A stretch of DNA of 64,000 bases from Octopus sinensis (taxonomy: Eukaryota). The notes under the pieces were generated by a model. The model was not told where the DNA came from. It searched no databases and saw only the letters and a program-made list of their open reading frames with translations. This document shows positions 36,001-49,749 of this stretch, piece after piece; within the stretch, counting starts at the first letter, position 1; the number at the start of each line of letters is the position of its first letter. The DNA lies in NCBI RefSeq assembly GCF_006345805.1, contig NC_043001.1:83700001-83764000 (forward strand), read 5' to 3'. A program made the translations under genes and the position numbers.

Positions 36001-37219
36001 AGCCAGGTACTTATTCTATTGGTCTGTTTTGTCGAACCGCGAAGTTACTGGGACAAAAACACACCAGCACTGATTGTCAAGCAGTGGTGGTGGTGGGAGG
36101 GAACAAAACACACACACACACACAAATATATATACATAGTTTGCTTATCAACCACATGGTTCCAGGTTCAGTCCCACTGCATGGCACCTTGATCAAGTGT
36201 CTTCTACTATAGCCTCAGACTGACCAAAGCCTTGTGAGTGGATTTGGTAGACAGAAACTAGAAGAAGCCCATCGTATATATATATATATATGTGTGTGTA
36301 TATGTTTGTCTGTGTTTATCCTCTAAGCATCACTTGACAACCGATGCTGGTGTGTTTATGTCCCTGTAACTTAGCGGTTTGGCAAAAGAGACCGATAGAA
36401 TAAGTACTAGGCTTACACAGAATAAGCTCTGGGATCGATTTGCTCGACTAAAGGCGGTGCTCCAACATAGCCGCAATCAAATGACTGAAACCAGTAAAAG
36501 AGTAAACTGACAGAATACAAAGAATAAGTCCTGGAGTCAATTTGCTCAACTAAAAGCAGTGCTCCAGCATGGCCGTAGTCAAATGACTGAAAGAAGTAAA
36601 AGAATGAAAAAAATATATATATATATACAACAGGCTTCTTTCAGTTTCCATCTATCATTCACTCGCAAAGCTTTGGTCAGCCTGAGGCTTTATTAGAAGA
36701 AACTTGCCCAGAGTGCCAAGTAGTGGGACTGAACCCCAAACCATATGGTTGGGAAGCAAGCTTCTTACCACACAGCAACGAAATTCGGAAAAGGGAGGAA
36801 ATTTTAGTATTTATTGGCGGTGGGTTTGTTTTTGTATAATCATATGAATTCCTATGTCTAGAACACAAATTCACAAAAATTTTATAAAAAATACAAAGAA
36901 GTAAAAAAGTTATGAAGTGTGCTTGAACCAGAATTCCGCCAAGCATCTAGTACTCTCTGTGAAGTGGTTGGCATTAGGAAGGGCATTCAGCTGTTGAAAC
37001 CATACTGAAGCAAACATTATAGTTTGATGCAGTCCTCTGGTTTGCTAGCAGAGAAAACTGATGTTAAATGATGACGATGATGATGAATCTTTGATACTCA
37101 ACCTATTATGACCTGCTGGATGTAACCAATACAGTAGAAAGGATTATTATTATTATGGTGACTGTTTCTAAAGGTTTAAATCTAGATTCTTATGATTCCT
37201 GTAAAACTAAAAATTACAT

Positions 37220-37485
37220 AATACAGTTCTATAATGAGGAATTATGTACATTATTTCCATGGGCATATGGCGTAGTTGTTAAGAGCATGGGCTTCTAACT
37301 CCAAGATTCTGAGTTCAATTCCAGGCAGTGACCTGAATAATAATAACATCGAAAAATACCTTAGGAATAAGAACCCAGGTTCGAAATTTCTCCCAAGACA
37401 CCTGATGAAGGCTGGAGGGTATACCAGTCGCAATGTTGTGTTAACAACAAAGATGAGGACAAATATCTACTGAATGTAAATAATG
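37220..37485 (+). mobile_element. tRNA-headed, hammerhead-containing retroposon with 12-bp TSD
   Basis: TSD TAAAAATTACAT (37208-37219, 37486-37497). tRNA-like head 37261-37333 (A box TGGCGTAGTTG, B box GAGTTCAATTCC). Hammerhead fold 37397-37442: GACAC-CTGATGA-A-GGCTGG(agggtata)CCAGTC-GCAA-TGTT-GTGTT. Confidence 0.75.
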
Positions 37486-39311
37486 TAAAAATTACATTGT
37501 TAATAATTTTCTTTTGTGTGTGGGTGTGGGTGGGGGGAGGGGTTGTGTTAGGCTATAATTATATTTTTGAGAATTTTTTTTTTGCTTTGCCTTTAATTCT
37601 CAGCTGGTAACCTACATAGGCAGAGGCGTGACTATGTGGCTAAGAAGCTCGCTTTTGCTTGGGTTCAGTCCCACCTTGTAGCTTGAGTAAGTGTCTTCCA
37701 ATTGTCCTGGGCTGTGTGTGTTGCATCCATTTCCACTGCTTGATAACCAGTGTTGGTTTGTTTATGTCTGCTAAGTTACTTAGCAGTTTGGCAAAAGAGA
37801 CCGATAGAATAAGTATCAAACTTTAAAAAATGGAGTCAATTTATTTGGCTAAACTCTTTCAGGTGGTATTCCAGTATGGCTGCAGTCCAATGACTGAAAC
37901 AAGTAAAAGGTAAAAGACACCCATTAAAAGCAGCTCCACCCATTCCAAAGAAAACAACCAATCAGGTTACAAGAGCCTTCTCTTACATCACCTACCCATT
38001 ACACCTGAATCCATATTCTTTTATACTTTTATTTGTTTCAGTCAGTTGACTGTGGCCATGCTGGAGCACCACCTTTAGTCGAACGAATTGACCCCAAGAC
38101 TTATTTTTTGTAAGCCTAGCGCTTTTTCTATCGGTCTCTTTTGCCGACTCGCTGAATTGTGGGGACATAAACACACTAACATCGGTTGTCAAGCGATGTG
38201 GTGGGGGGGGGGACAACACACATTTCCATCTACCAAATCTACTCACAAGGCTTTGGTTGGCCTGAAGCTATTGTAGAAGACACTGGCCCAAGATGTCACA
38301 CAGTGGAATTGAACCCAGAACCATATCGTTGGGAAGCAAGCTTCTTACCACACAGCCACGCCTGCCCCTAAATTATTAAAAATGGAGCAGATCTTTTGAT
38401 TCGTCCATTCCTTTACAAACATATTAATACTAGCCATCTCTGAAGATGGTTAGCAGTGTGGCCAAAAGCTCAGTGAAACATTCTTTTCTCAGTGTGAAAG
38501 CCTAGTCATATTAACCAGGTAAACTGCTTAATCTATCTAAAGTAAAATTAGGTTTTGGCTGTTATTCAGCTAGGCCATGTATAATTTAATTGCACCATCT
38601 GGAGTAATTTTTGAAGATATATTTTAGGGCATCATAGCCCACACGAGTAGGGAATAATTGTTTGTCAAAATATATATATGCAGATGTTGGGGGTTTGACT
38701 GGTAATTTCTTCGGGGAATTTGTCCAGGTTTTGTTTGAATGTTATGGGGGTGTTTTTCTTTGATTTCTTTCAGGAGGTAACAATGACCTGATAAGGTTAT
38801 TGTGTTACAATGGTACTAAGTGGTGTGAGATCGATTTTTGTTGGGGTGTATGGCTCTGGGTCCAAGCCCTGGGTGATTTGTGAACTATAGACATAACGAT
38901 AAACGTCGCCCTTTTCAAGCCTAGTCAGGCTCATGGGCCCGGCTTCCTGGTTTCTGTGGTATATGTGTTCCTCCCAGCTGGACGGGACGCCAGTCCATCG
39001 CAGCGTTACTCAAGAAGAAAGTTGTGGCGAAGAGAGTACAACAGGGGTCGCCACCACCCCTGCCGGAGCCTTGTGGAACTTTTAGGTGTTTTCGCTCAAT
39101 AAACACACAACGCCCGGTCTGGGAATTGAAACCGCGAGTCCGCTGCCCTAACCACTGGGCCATTGCGCCTCCACGAACTATAGACATACGGGTTACTGAA
39201 TAGAGCACCACCAAAACCAGCAACAATTACAGCGACAGCAACAATAATAGCAGAAGCAGAATAAGAAAATGAAGCTACAACACACAACAAGAAAAGAGAA
39301 AACAACAACAA

Positions 39312-39801
39312 GCGTAGGAGTGGCTGTGTGGTAAGTAGCTTGTTTACGAATCACATACTTCCGGGTTCAGTCCCACTGCGTGGCACCTTGGGCAAGTGTC
39401 TTCTACTATAGCCTCGGGCTGACCAAAGCCTTGTGAGTGGATTTGGTAGACGGAAACTGAAAGAAGCCCGCCGTATATATGTGTATGTATGTATATATAT
39501 ATTTTATATTGTATGTATATATATTATATATATATATAATATATATATATATTATATTAAATTAGAGATAAACCACTATTAGGCAAATCAAACAATGAAA
39601 AACTTAAGCCAATACATAAAATTAATTATTTATATTATTTTAAATATATATCAAAATTATTAAAAGTTTAATAAAAGATAATGAGTAAAACACTACGATC
39701 GTTTCATGGCTGTCCAATTCATAATAATTCGAGTTATGGTTACAGTCAATCTTCAGGTGATTGAAATATATTGGGGAGAGAGGAAGATTGCGGGGTATAT
39801 A

Positions 39802-39858
<57 letters not shown>

Positions 39859-41175
39859 ATAAATGAAATAAAACATATGCATATATATAAACATATCTGT
39901 ACGTACCTACCTCTACATGTACATATACACGCATATATGAGTACAGGACACCAAAGGACGTCGAACACAAAGAGAAACGAAAACATAGACACAAACCAAA
40001 GGAACTGGACATTTTTTTAAAAACAACAAAAAATGGAGTACAGGACAATTAACACAACGAAAAAACCCCTTCTTCAGTCGCTAAGGTTTTCATCTACTTA
40101 CGTTTCGAAGGATAAAAGCGAGACGTATCTTCGACAAGAAACTTTCTTTCCTGCGAAAAGCAAATCAATTAAAATTCTGAGATCTTTTCGCAGAGGGGTA
40201 AAAAAACAGGACAGTAATGACAGTACAAAAATATAAACAGTAAAAAAAAATATAAACAATAAAAAAATATAACAGTAAAAGACAGGACAGGGAAAAACAA
40301 GATAAGAAGGGCTGTTGACGCCGAACGAAAAAAGTATTGCAAACGCAGAATTTTTTGTGAACGACAGGAGAGCAGGAAGAATGTCGTCCATTTACCTTGA
40401 AAGCCAGGCCAAAAAAGACAGTCAGGGCGGAAGTATCGTCGCGGGTGGAGGAAGGGAGAGAAGAAGGGGAAAGGCTGCGAGGAGACCATGAAGAATAGTG
40501 AGGGGTAGAGAGAGAGTGAAGAATGAGAGAGAGAGAGGAAGAGACAAGTTAAGTGGGGGAAAAAGAAAATCAAAGAATAGGGATGGGACAGAAAGGTGAA
40601 GAGTGCGCGTGAGAGTTAATATCAAGACAAAAACTTGATATACAGAACAATCTTACTTAAGAGGGTGCGTGCGTTTAGTCATATAATATATTAATAAATG
40701 AAATAAAACATATGCATATATATAAACATATATGTACGTACCTACCTCTACATGTACATATACACGCATATATGAGTACAGGACACCAAAGGGACGTCGA
40801 ACACAAAGAGAAACGAAAACATAGACACAAACCAAAGGAACTGGGTATCTTTCCTTTCCTGAGCGTCCAATAATATTATATTTGTTCCACGTCCTCGCGT
40901 TGTTGTGTTTTTTGGGGCTTTCTTGTTTGGATTAACTTTATATATATATATATATATATGTGTGTGTTTGTGTGTCTGTGTTTGTCCCACCCAACATTGC
41001 TTGACAACCGATGCTGGTATGTTTAAGTCCCCGTAACTTAGCGGTTCGCCAAAATTTTTTTACTTATAATAAGTACTAGGCTTACAAAGAATAAGCTCTG
41101 GGGTCGATTTGTTCGACTAAAGGCGGTGCTCCAGCATGACCACAGTCAAATGACTGAAACAAAGTAAAAGAGTAA
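39312..41175 (+). mobile_element. Family B SINE whose central (TA)n holds about 1.4 kb of nested PLE-like insertions
   Basis: SINE 5' half 39312-39480 and 3' half 40960-41175. Between them: a hammerhead element, a ~150-bp direct repeat (39860-40008 / 40693-40843) and an inverted tail of the 200-bp hammerhead element. Confidence 0.75.
39691..39762 (-). ncRNA. Type I hammerhead ribozyme-like motif
   Basis: Minus strand: CAC-CTGAAGA-TTGACTGT(...)ACAGCCAT-GAAAC-GATC-GTA-GTG. Canonical core, palindromic stem III (ACGATCGT), GUA triplet. Confidence 0.65.
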
Positions 41176-41219
41176 CCAGAAGAGCAGAAACAAAAGCTAA
41201 CACAGTAGCAACTACCTAT

Positions 41220-44040
41220 TACCGAATCCTTCGACTGGAGAACGAAGGGATGAGAAATTTGTTCAAATCCACAAGGTTAAAATCTCTGAAACAGGTGGAA
41301 GCTTTTGATGAACACGCCTTTGAGTCCCTTATCAAACATTTCTCACATGTAGGAGTTTTAAATAAGTATCCTGGATACCGTGTGTTGTGAGGCCCTTTCA
41401 AGAGTTCCTGAAAAACAGAGCAGGTAAGTGATACCCAACACAATTTAAAAGCAGTTCCGTATCCTCTTGGAATGGCCGCACTGAGAATAAGCGGTACAAA
41501 GGTACGTTACTTTGTAACTGACTATGCACCGAAAGCAACTGGGTTGTCGGATTTCTTTGGACGTTAAACAACGTCTGTAAGAATAAGTTGTTCAATAGTG
41601 TTAAATGGTAATTTGGATGGAATCTTGGATTTACGCAAGGATTGTGTGGGAGAAGAGAAGCTAATGGAAGAGTGAGTATAAAAGCTTCGCAAGCTTGCTC
41701 AAGTAGTGTCTGACAGGCTTCGTCTAGATTTCCCAAATGCACTAACGTGGACGTAGACAAACCATATAGGATCACTAAAGGCGGCGAGATGGCAGAAACG
41801 TTAGCACGCCGGGCGAAATGCGTAGCTGTATTTCGTCTGGCGTTACGTTCTGGGTTCAAATTCCGCCGAGGTCGACTTTGCCTTTCATTCTTTCGGGGTC
41901 GATAAATTAAGTACCAGTTACGCACTGGGGTGGGGTTGATGTAATCGACTTAATCCGTTTGTCTGTCCTTGTTTGTCCCCTCTGTGTTTAGCCCCTTGTG
42001 GGTAGTAAAGAAATATATAGGATCACTTAGATCGTAGTTAGAATTTTCGTCAGGTTAGTAGAAAGGCATAGCGTAAGTTGTTTATAGTTTTTGGATAGTT
42101 GGTTACACGGACGACATACTGTCAACTTAGACAAAGGAGGCGCAATGGCCCAGTGGTTAGGGCAGCGGACTCGCGGTCGTAGGATCGCGTTTCGATTCCC
42201 AGACCGGGCGTTGTGAGTGTTTATTGAGCGAAAACACCTAAAGCTCCACGTGGCTCCGGCAGGGATGGTGGTGATCCCTGCTGTACTCTTTCACCACAAC
42301 TTTCTCTCACTCTTACTTCCTGTTTCTGTTGTACCTGTATTTCAAAGGGCCGGCCTTGTCACTCTCTGTGTCACACTGAATATCCCCGAGAACTACGTTC
42401 AGGGTACACGTGTCTGTGGAGTGCTCAGCCACTTACACGTTAATTTCACGAGCAGGCTGTTCCGTTGATTCGGATCAACCGGAACCCTCGTCGTCGTAAC
42501 CGACGGAGTGCTTCCAAACAAACTTAGACAAGGAAGCTGAACGTCTCTTTTCGTTATGAAAAGATTTCAAGGATTAGCGAACTGATCAAGTGATTAATTG
42601 ACAGGCCATCATCAATAACAAGTAATGGGGCCCTCTAAAGAGGAAAATTACAGTATATTCTGTTAGCTTAAAGAATGAGCTGCAAAAAATATAAATTCAG
42701 TCATTTAGAAGAGCTTCATGGAAGGGACATCGCAAATGACATGCTTACAGCGAGAATGGCCCTTGGCCAATTTCTTTGATGCGAAACACGGAAGATGCAT
42801 TGTTCAACTTTGGACGCAAAGACAGGAAGTTAATTTGAAGACCTAAACAGCCAGTATGTCTGAGTCCAACGAGGCTGTAGAGTCACAAATTATGGTATAT
42901 TCCTGGTAAATTGCATCAGACGCGAGCTATCTGATACTTAACAAATATGTACAGTTATTCGAGCAGCACTTTGTGGACTGTTCTCGAGAAACAGCAGACT
43001 AAGATTGTAAAAGTTCGATGCCTATTTCGGTGTTCTGCTGCAACTTTAGATCAGAGAAATGGAGTTCTGTGATGTGGCGGACGTGTCGAACATCTTAGCG
43101 AGGGAGAAATCGACGGGTTAGGATGGCCTGCCTTATGAACTGTACTTCTACATGCCTGACTAAATCAGTACTACTTTGTCAGCTGTCTATTGCATTTGGT
43201 CGCTGACTGTAAGATATCCAGTCGTGAAAGCTCGGGACTTGTAACACTATCGAGGATAGCGCTGGATTAACCATTAAGCAAAATAAGCATATGCTGAGGG
43301 CATCAAGGGAAGGAGGGGGCGTCACAGAAATAGTAAATGGTTTACGGCACAAAAGAAATTACTTTAAATTTCGTAAAATAATATTCGGGATGCCTTTATT
43401 TCTACTAGGTATAGATGCAGATGTATTACTTAAGATTAATTTTGAGGATCTGATCAAAGACTTTGCTATTCAAAAAAATAGGAGGGAACTTTTCAAATAT
43501 AAATGAAGTGGAAGTATACAAAAACAAACTCTATTATCCCCTGTAACTGTTTTGTTTCGTTTTGAAAAATTAGAAATCATATGGTTTGTTATTGTTTATA
43601 TTTTGGATTACATAATCTTTTATGGGGGCACTAAAATCTTTTAAGTGCTTAGGGTCTCGATGGGTCTTAATCCGGTCCTGGCTGAGGAGGAACCCAAACA
43701 GAAACATACGCTAGAGAATTTCAAGTTCATAATTCTGCTGTACACGCGTGAAAATTTTGGCAAAGGCACTCGCCAAACAGGAGGAAAGAAGAAAGCAGGG
43801 CTGGTCCTTTTGATGCCATGGTAACATCGGATCAGTGGGGTTCTTCGATTGTTCTAAGGCCAATATCCTATTCTAAGAACGTTTAAAATTTTTATACAAT
43901 GTGTAGAATTTCATTTTTAATTTCATTTTTCTTTTCCAATTTTTCTTTGAATTTATGTGTAAAACGCGACACAATTTTGTAATCTGTCAATGTAATGTTT
44001 TCTCACATGTAGTCTTTGTGGCAAATAAAAGACATCCAAT
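41220..44040 (+). pseudogene. Heavily decayed L1/Tx1-like LINE ORF2 (APE endonuclease and RT remnants), interrupted by two SINEs and a hAT element
   Basis: Plus-strand remnants IVLNGNLDGILDLRKDCVG, DRLRLDFPNALTWT, LDR and EKSTGLDGLPYELY (KSPG.DGLP.E.Y motif); many stops. Confidence 0.6.
43257..43680 (+). mobile_element. Internally deleted hAT transposon
   Basis: TIR-like ends TAGCGCTGGATTAA / TTAATCCGGTCCTG; C-terminal dimerisation-domain remnant LGIDADVLLKINFEDLIKDFAIQKNRR; partial 8-bp TSD (ATCGAGGA/GCTGAGGA). Confidence 0.75.
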
Positions 44041-44799
44041 TCCTCATTCTCTTCTTCTTCTTCTTCTTCTGAAGGTGGATTAGCTGAATCGTTTGATATT
44101 AGCGAGTTCGAATCCTGCCAAGGTCAACTGTGTCTTTCATCTTTAGGGACGATAGATTAAAACACCATTCAAAAGTGTTCCCCAATGGTAGAATCATTAG
44201 CACGCCGGGCGAAATGCTTAGGAGTATTTCGTCTGACATTATGTTCTGAGTTCAAATTCCGACGAGGTCGACTTTGCGTTTCATTTTTTCGAAGTCGATA
44301 AAATAAGTACCAGTTGAGTACTGGGGTCGATGTAATCGACTAGCCCCCTCCCCCATAGTTTCAGGCCGTGTGCCTACAGCAGAAACGATTATTATTATTA
44401 AAGATTTATATTGTCATTGATCTCTATCACATCATGAAGAACCTCCTCCTCCTCCTCCTTATCATCATCATCATCACTACCAGCAACACTACCATCACCC
44501 CAATCGCCACGACGACCACCACCATCATCGCCATCTCCAACACCATCACCACTATCTGCACCACCACCACTACCACCACCACCACCTCCTTCTCCTCCAG
44601 GATGTAACACAAATGAAAAGTGACCGAATGGAAAGAATTGATGACTGCATCAAGCAGTCAGAGCAGAATCCGCAGCAGTAGTGGAGGAAGGACAGCAACG
44701 ACATCTATAGACAGAAGCTACTGTCATGGCCGTCTTGACAAAAGAAGTAAAAAGGAAAAGTAAATAATAAAAAAATAAAAACAAGACATCTTTCCCAGT

Positions 44800-45035
44800 T
44801 GTTCCTGCTTCCACCTTTGTCTTCTCACTCTCTCTCTCTCTTTATCTATCTATCTACCTATCTATTTATTTCTCTCTCCTCTCTTCCCCCCTCTTCTCTC
44901 TCTCTATTTCTCGTATTTCCTTCTCGACATGCTGTTTCTCACTCTCCTCTTCGTCGTCTTTTTTCTCCTCTCATATCTGTACTTCTGTTTTCAACCTTAT
45001 ACTGTCTTGTTCCCCCGCCCCTCTCTCTCTATGCA

Positions 45036-45077
<42 letters not shown>

Positions 45078-45550
45078 CCTTACGGATCTTTCCTTTTTTC
45101 TATTTTCTTTCTCTCTCCCTCTTTCTCTTTCTCTCCCTCTTTCTCTCTCTCTCCCCCTTTCTCTCCCTCTCTTTCTCTCTCTCTCCCTCTCTCAGTTTAT
45201 ATATATAGCTTTTCTTTTCTCCTTCATCTCCAATCTCTCTCTCTCTCTCTCTCTCTCTTTCTTCGCTTGCTTCTTTCTATCTGCTTCCTCTCTCACCCCT
45301 TCGCTGTTTCCCACTCCTTCCTCTCCGCATCCTGCAAGCCCTTCCTTCAGATTTCCCTTTCTCTCTCTCTTTTTCCTATGTTCTCTCTAATTCTCTTTCT
45401 CTTTCTCCCGCCCTCATCTTATGCCTCGTTCTTCCCCCTCTCACTTCTTATTCCTTGTTTTCCTCCCTCTCTCACTTTGTATACTGTCCCTCTGTCCCTT
45501 CATCCCCTCTCTCACACCACCATTCTTCACCCCCATATCTTTCTCATACT
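44800..45550. repeat. Polypyrimidine / (CT)n-rich low-complexity tract
   Basis: Direct reading; source of S/L/F-rich spurious ORFs. Confidence 0.85.
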
Positions 45551-46123
45551 CCATCTAGTAATATGTCCCTTCTATCGAGTGTGCCACACTAGAGACATCA
45601 GATCCTATAGATAGATTTCATATGAATGATATCCATTGATACTACATTTTTTTCCAGGGAACTTCCTTACTACAGCGACACCAGGCCCCGTGAGTTATCG
45701 ATATATCTATATATCTATTATATCTATAAGAACGATATACACACACACACAGACAATATACTTACTCTGACGGACATATTTTTATTATAAGATGCCATAT
45801 ATTTTGCTTATATATATATATATTTTTGCTTATATATATTATACATATATGTAGCATCTCATCACATCTAGACAATAAAAGGTAGATTGATTGATTGATA
45901 GATAATGACCATACATATATGTACTTGTATATTAAAATATATATTTACATATGTATATAAATATATTTGCATTTATTACATCTATATGTTACATATGTAT
46001 AAATATGTGTGTATATATATATATAAATATGTGTGTGTGTCTATATATATTATATATATTATATATATGTATGTGTGTGTGTGTGTTGTGATATATATAT
46101 AACTATATATATATATATATACA

Positions 46124-46158
<35 letters not shown>

Positions 46159-46559
46159 GCATATATATATATATATATATACATGCATATATATATATAT
46201 ATATTAAACACACACACAGACACACACATATGTGTGTAGGCGTAGGAGTGGCTGTGTGCTAAGAAGCTTGCTTTCCAATCACATAGTTCCGGGTTCAGTC
46301 CCACTGCGGAGCATCTTGGGCAAGTGTCTTCTGCCATAGCCTCGGCCCGACCAAAGCCTTGTGAGTGTGTCTGGTAGACGGAAATTGAAAGAAGTCAGTC
46401 ATGTATGTGTATATATATATATATATAGTATAATATAATATATATATATATATAGTTAATCCAAACAAGAAACACAAAAAAAAAAACACACAACGCGAGG
46501 ACGTGGAACAATAAATATAGTATTGGACGCTCAGGAAAGAAGGAAAGAAGGACACATAC

Positions 46560-46637
46560 TATATATATTTATATTATATGTGTTATAGATAGATATTATA
46601 TATTATATATTATTTGATATATATAATATATATTATG

Positions 46638-46669
<32 letters not shown>

Positions 46670-46947
46670 TAGAGATATATATATATGGATATATATATAT
46701 ATGATATATATATATATATATATATATTATTGGATATATATATCTATGATATATATATACTATATATATATATATATATGATATATATATATATGCTATA
46801 TTATATATTCTATATATATATATTATGATATATTATATAATATTATAGATGATATATAATATATATATTATATATATATTTATATGATATTATATATAAT
46901 ATATATATGATATATTATATATATATATATATATATTATATATGATC

Positions 46948-46979
<32 letters not shown>

Positions 46980-46980
46980 G

Positions 46981-47022
<42 letters not shown>

Positions 47023-47363
47023 TATATCATATATATATATATATATAATATGATATATATATATATATATAATATTGATATATATATATATATATATATA
47101 TATGATATTATATTATATATCTATATATATGATATATATATATATTATATTATGATATAACATATATATATATATGAATATAATATATATATTATATATG
47201 ATCTCTATATATATATATATATGATATATATATGATATTTATGATATATATATATATATAATATGATTATATATTATATATATATATATATGATATAATA
47301 TATATATATATATATATGATCTATATATATATATATAATATATATATATATATTATATATATG

Positions 47364-47406
<43 letters not shown>

Positions 47407-47942
47407 ATTGATATATATATATATATATATATATGCTATATTATATTATATATAGTCATATTACATATCATATATATATATATAGGCTATATATATATAT
47501 CTATGATATATATATATATATTATATATGCCTACTATATATATATAATATCATATACATTCATAATCTATATATATCTATTGTATATATCTATATATATA
47601 TCATATACTATCATATATATATCTATATATATATATATGATATATATATATATTATATAAAATGATATATATATATATATATTATATTTATATATCTATA
47701 TATATATATATTCTATGATTAATCTATATATATATATAATATATATATATATGATACGGATATATTATATATATAATATATATATATGATATATATATAT
47801 ATATGATCTATATTTATATATATATATATATATATATATGATATATATATATATATGATATATATATATATATATATATATGATATCTATATATATAATA
47901 TCATATATACATATCATCTATATATATATATATATATATATA
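46560..47942. repeat. ~1.4-kb degenerate (TA)n array
   Basis: Nearly pure A/T with irregular GA/CT interruptions. Confidence 0.9.
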
Positions 47943-47948
47943 CATATT

Positions 47949-48705
47949 GAGGCTGATGCAGTTCCGCACCTCTCCTTGAAAAATGCATTGTTTTGAAAAG
48001 TTTTTTTCGGATTCCTACGTTTTTTTTATGTCAGAGATTACGAATATGCAAAAAAAAAAAAAAAAAATTTACCCCCTCCCCCACTCCCATATAAAAGTTT
48101 GAACTTGTTCGAAAGTTTTTTTCCCCGCTTTTTTTAATTATACGATGGAGTTTCCGAATATGCAATTGACCACGTTTTCAAAATTTAAAATTCAAAAAGC
48201 ATATAGATATGTGTGTAAATAAGATAGATATGAATGTGACTTGACAAATATATTTTATAAATAAACGGACACGGAAAAAATGGATAGACAGATAAATAAA
48301 TTAATGGATGAAAAAGTTCAAAACTTAAATTTGGGGGAGGGGGTGAAATTTGAGCCCCTTTATTAAACTTTATAACTTTAATTATTAAATATTGTTTCTC
48401 ATAAAATGGTGTATATTTAACGTATTTTACGTTTAATTATTATTTACGATTATTTCAGGCCAACACAAGTAAAACGCAAATTCTTTCCACTTTAATTTCG
48501 ATTTGCATATGCTCGTCAATTCGCTACGATCTCCTTAAAAGTAAAGAAAATCAGAAATTTAAATGGGGGGGGGGGGGGGAATGAAAAAAAAATTTTTTTT
48601 TTTTTTGCATTTTCGTAATCTCCGACATCTAAAACGTAGGAATCCGAAAAAACGTTTTCCCAAAACAATGCATTTTTGAAGGTGAGGTGCGAAACTGCAT
48701 AAACC

Positions 48706-48707
<2 letters not shown>
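47949..48707. mobile_element. MITE with long (~130 bp) TIRs
   Basis: G(A/G)GG.T.ATGCAGTT.CGCACCTC.CCTT.AAAAATGCATTGTTTTG...TTCGGATTCCTACGTTTT mirrored at 48570-48707. Confidence 0.85.
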
Positions 48708-48746
<39 letters not shown>

Positions 48747-48793
48747 TGTGTAGATGAATCTAGACCAAATTAGATGCGCATACGCGCGCGTGC

Positions 48794-48841
<48 letters not shown>

Positions 48842-49749
48842 CGGTAGCTCGTTGAATTGAGTGAGCGAACTGATTTGAATTGGTAAAGTTAACAACTTAA
48901 CAAACTGACCCATTCGGAAAGGGATGGGGGACAAGAGACAAGTTATTCATTATTCTTATTTTTATTGATTTTGGAAGATGTATGTATGTATGTATGTATG
49001 TATGTATGGTTAACGGAGTGTTATATGCAACAAAAACAGGGTAATTAAAATGAAAAGATTAAAACATACAAACATAAATGGCGGTACCCCAGCATGGCCA
49101 CAGCTCATGAGCTGAAACTAGAATCAATCAATCAATACAAACATTTACTATCATGTATGTTCTATATTCTCTTTTACTCTCTTTTACTTGTTTCAGTCAT
49201 TTGACTGCGGCCATGCTGAAGCACCGCCTTTAGTCGAGCAAATCGACCCCGGGACTTATTTTTTGTAAGCCCAGTACTTATTCTATCGGTCTCTTTCGCC
49301 GAACCGCTATGTGACGGGGACGTAAACACACCAGCATCGGTCGTCAAGCAATGCTTGGGGGACAAACACAGACATACAAACACATCTTCTCTCTTCGCTC
49401 TTATACGCCATTTGGTCTCAACTCTCCCCCCCTCCTCATCTAACCCCCCTCTCCAAACCCCCTCCTCCTCACCTATCCTTTCTCTCCCCCCGACCCACCT
49501 ACTTCTTCAGTCCTTCATCCTTTCACCCCTACTCCCCTTCCCTTCTTTCCTCTTTCTCCCTCCTCTCTTCCCCTTCCCTCTGCTCCCTCACTCCCTCTCC
49601 CCCCTCTCCCTCTTTCCTCCTTCATCCCCCTCCTCCCCATCCTCTCCTCTTCCCCCTTCTCCTCCCCCTCCTCTTCTTCCCCTCCCCTTCTCCCCCTCTT
49701 CTCCCCCTCTTCTCCCCCTCCCCCTCTTCCCTCACTACACCACATGACT

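Noticed and set aside
41398-41925. 175-aa minus-strand ORF
   Set aside because: Starts in a SINE and runs antisense through a decayed LINE endonuclease region; no independent protein signature.
44799-45614. 271-aa hydrophobic ORF resembling a membrane protein
   Set aside because: Translation of a (CT)n/polypyrimidine tract.
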